Source: Octopus sinensis
Lineage: Eukaryota
Reading direction: 5' to 3'
NCBI RefSeq assembly: GCF_006345805.1
Contig: NC_043006.1
Span: 45,198,001-45,262,000 of the forward strand
DNA length: 64,000 nucleotides
Shown here: positions 63,848 through 64,000 of the stretch, in pieces
How the letters are laid out: the number at the start of each line of letters is the position of its first letter
Position numbering within the stretch: position 1 is the first letter of the stretch
Notes under the pieces: model-generated
Databases searched by the model: none
Seen by the model: only the letters and a program-made list of their open reading frames with translations
Told to the model about the DNA's origin: nothing
Translations under genes and position numbers: made by a program

Positions 63848-64000
63848 CCCATTTTGCATGTGAGAATTATATCCTTCCATCCATCGTTGTTGAAGTCTCC
63901 AATAACCAGTGGAGCGGTTGGATGGCAAGGTGTGGAATGAGATGCAAGGATGGTACCTTCCTTGAGATCAAGCAATGTGAGCCGTTTCCACCCAGCAAAT
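63848..64000 (-). CDS. Penultimate coding exon (5' part outside window) of an FG-GAP-repeat single-pass membrane protein, At3g51050/NERD1-like
   Basis: Open frame FAGWKRLTLLDLKEGTILASHSTPCHPTAPLVIGDFNNDGWKDIILTCKM(G) contains an FG-GAP-type D-x-N-x-D-G loop. It ends at a canonical donor GG|GTGAGT, phase 2, in frame with the exon at 58517. The resemblance to the At3g51050 C-terminus is from memory. Confidence 0.88.

Overview
Repeat-dense animal nuclear DNA. The tRNA-derived SINE families and dense microsatellites point to Octopus; this is inferred from repeat content and not verified. There is one 100-N gap at 15198-15297. Host genes: (i) the last two coding exons of a minus-strand FG-GAP-repeat membrane protein resembling Arabidopsis At3g51050/NERD1 (63848-64000 and 58382-58517, spliced in frame); (ii) four identical tRNA-Ile(AAU) genes in a tandem array beside the gap. 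The rest is mobile DNA: four SINE families, mariner, hAT, piggyBac, pogo-type and Helitron derivatives, and RTE, R4-like and Penelope-like fragments. The main finding is the Tx1-like cluster at 34.8-44.7 kb. A full-length 5.3-kb Tx1/L1-clade LINE (perfect 17-bp TSD, ORF2 broken only by single-base frameshifts) sits inside a ~1.5-kb ORF1-only relative that has its own tail and TSD, and that relative sits inside a CORE-type SINE. A head-to-tail array of further ORF1-only derivatives lies just upstream. All share a 3' tail with one abundant SINE family, suggesting a LINE / half-LINE / SINE system. Other observations: R4-like fragments embedded in (TACA)n, a 229-bp palindrome of two hammerhead-like motifs, a 1.1-kb AT-rich insert splitting a SINE, and a CpG-depleted domain from ~52.7 kb to the window end. 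All alignments and translations were done by eye.
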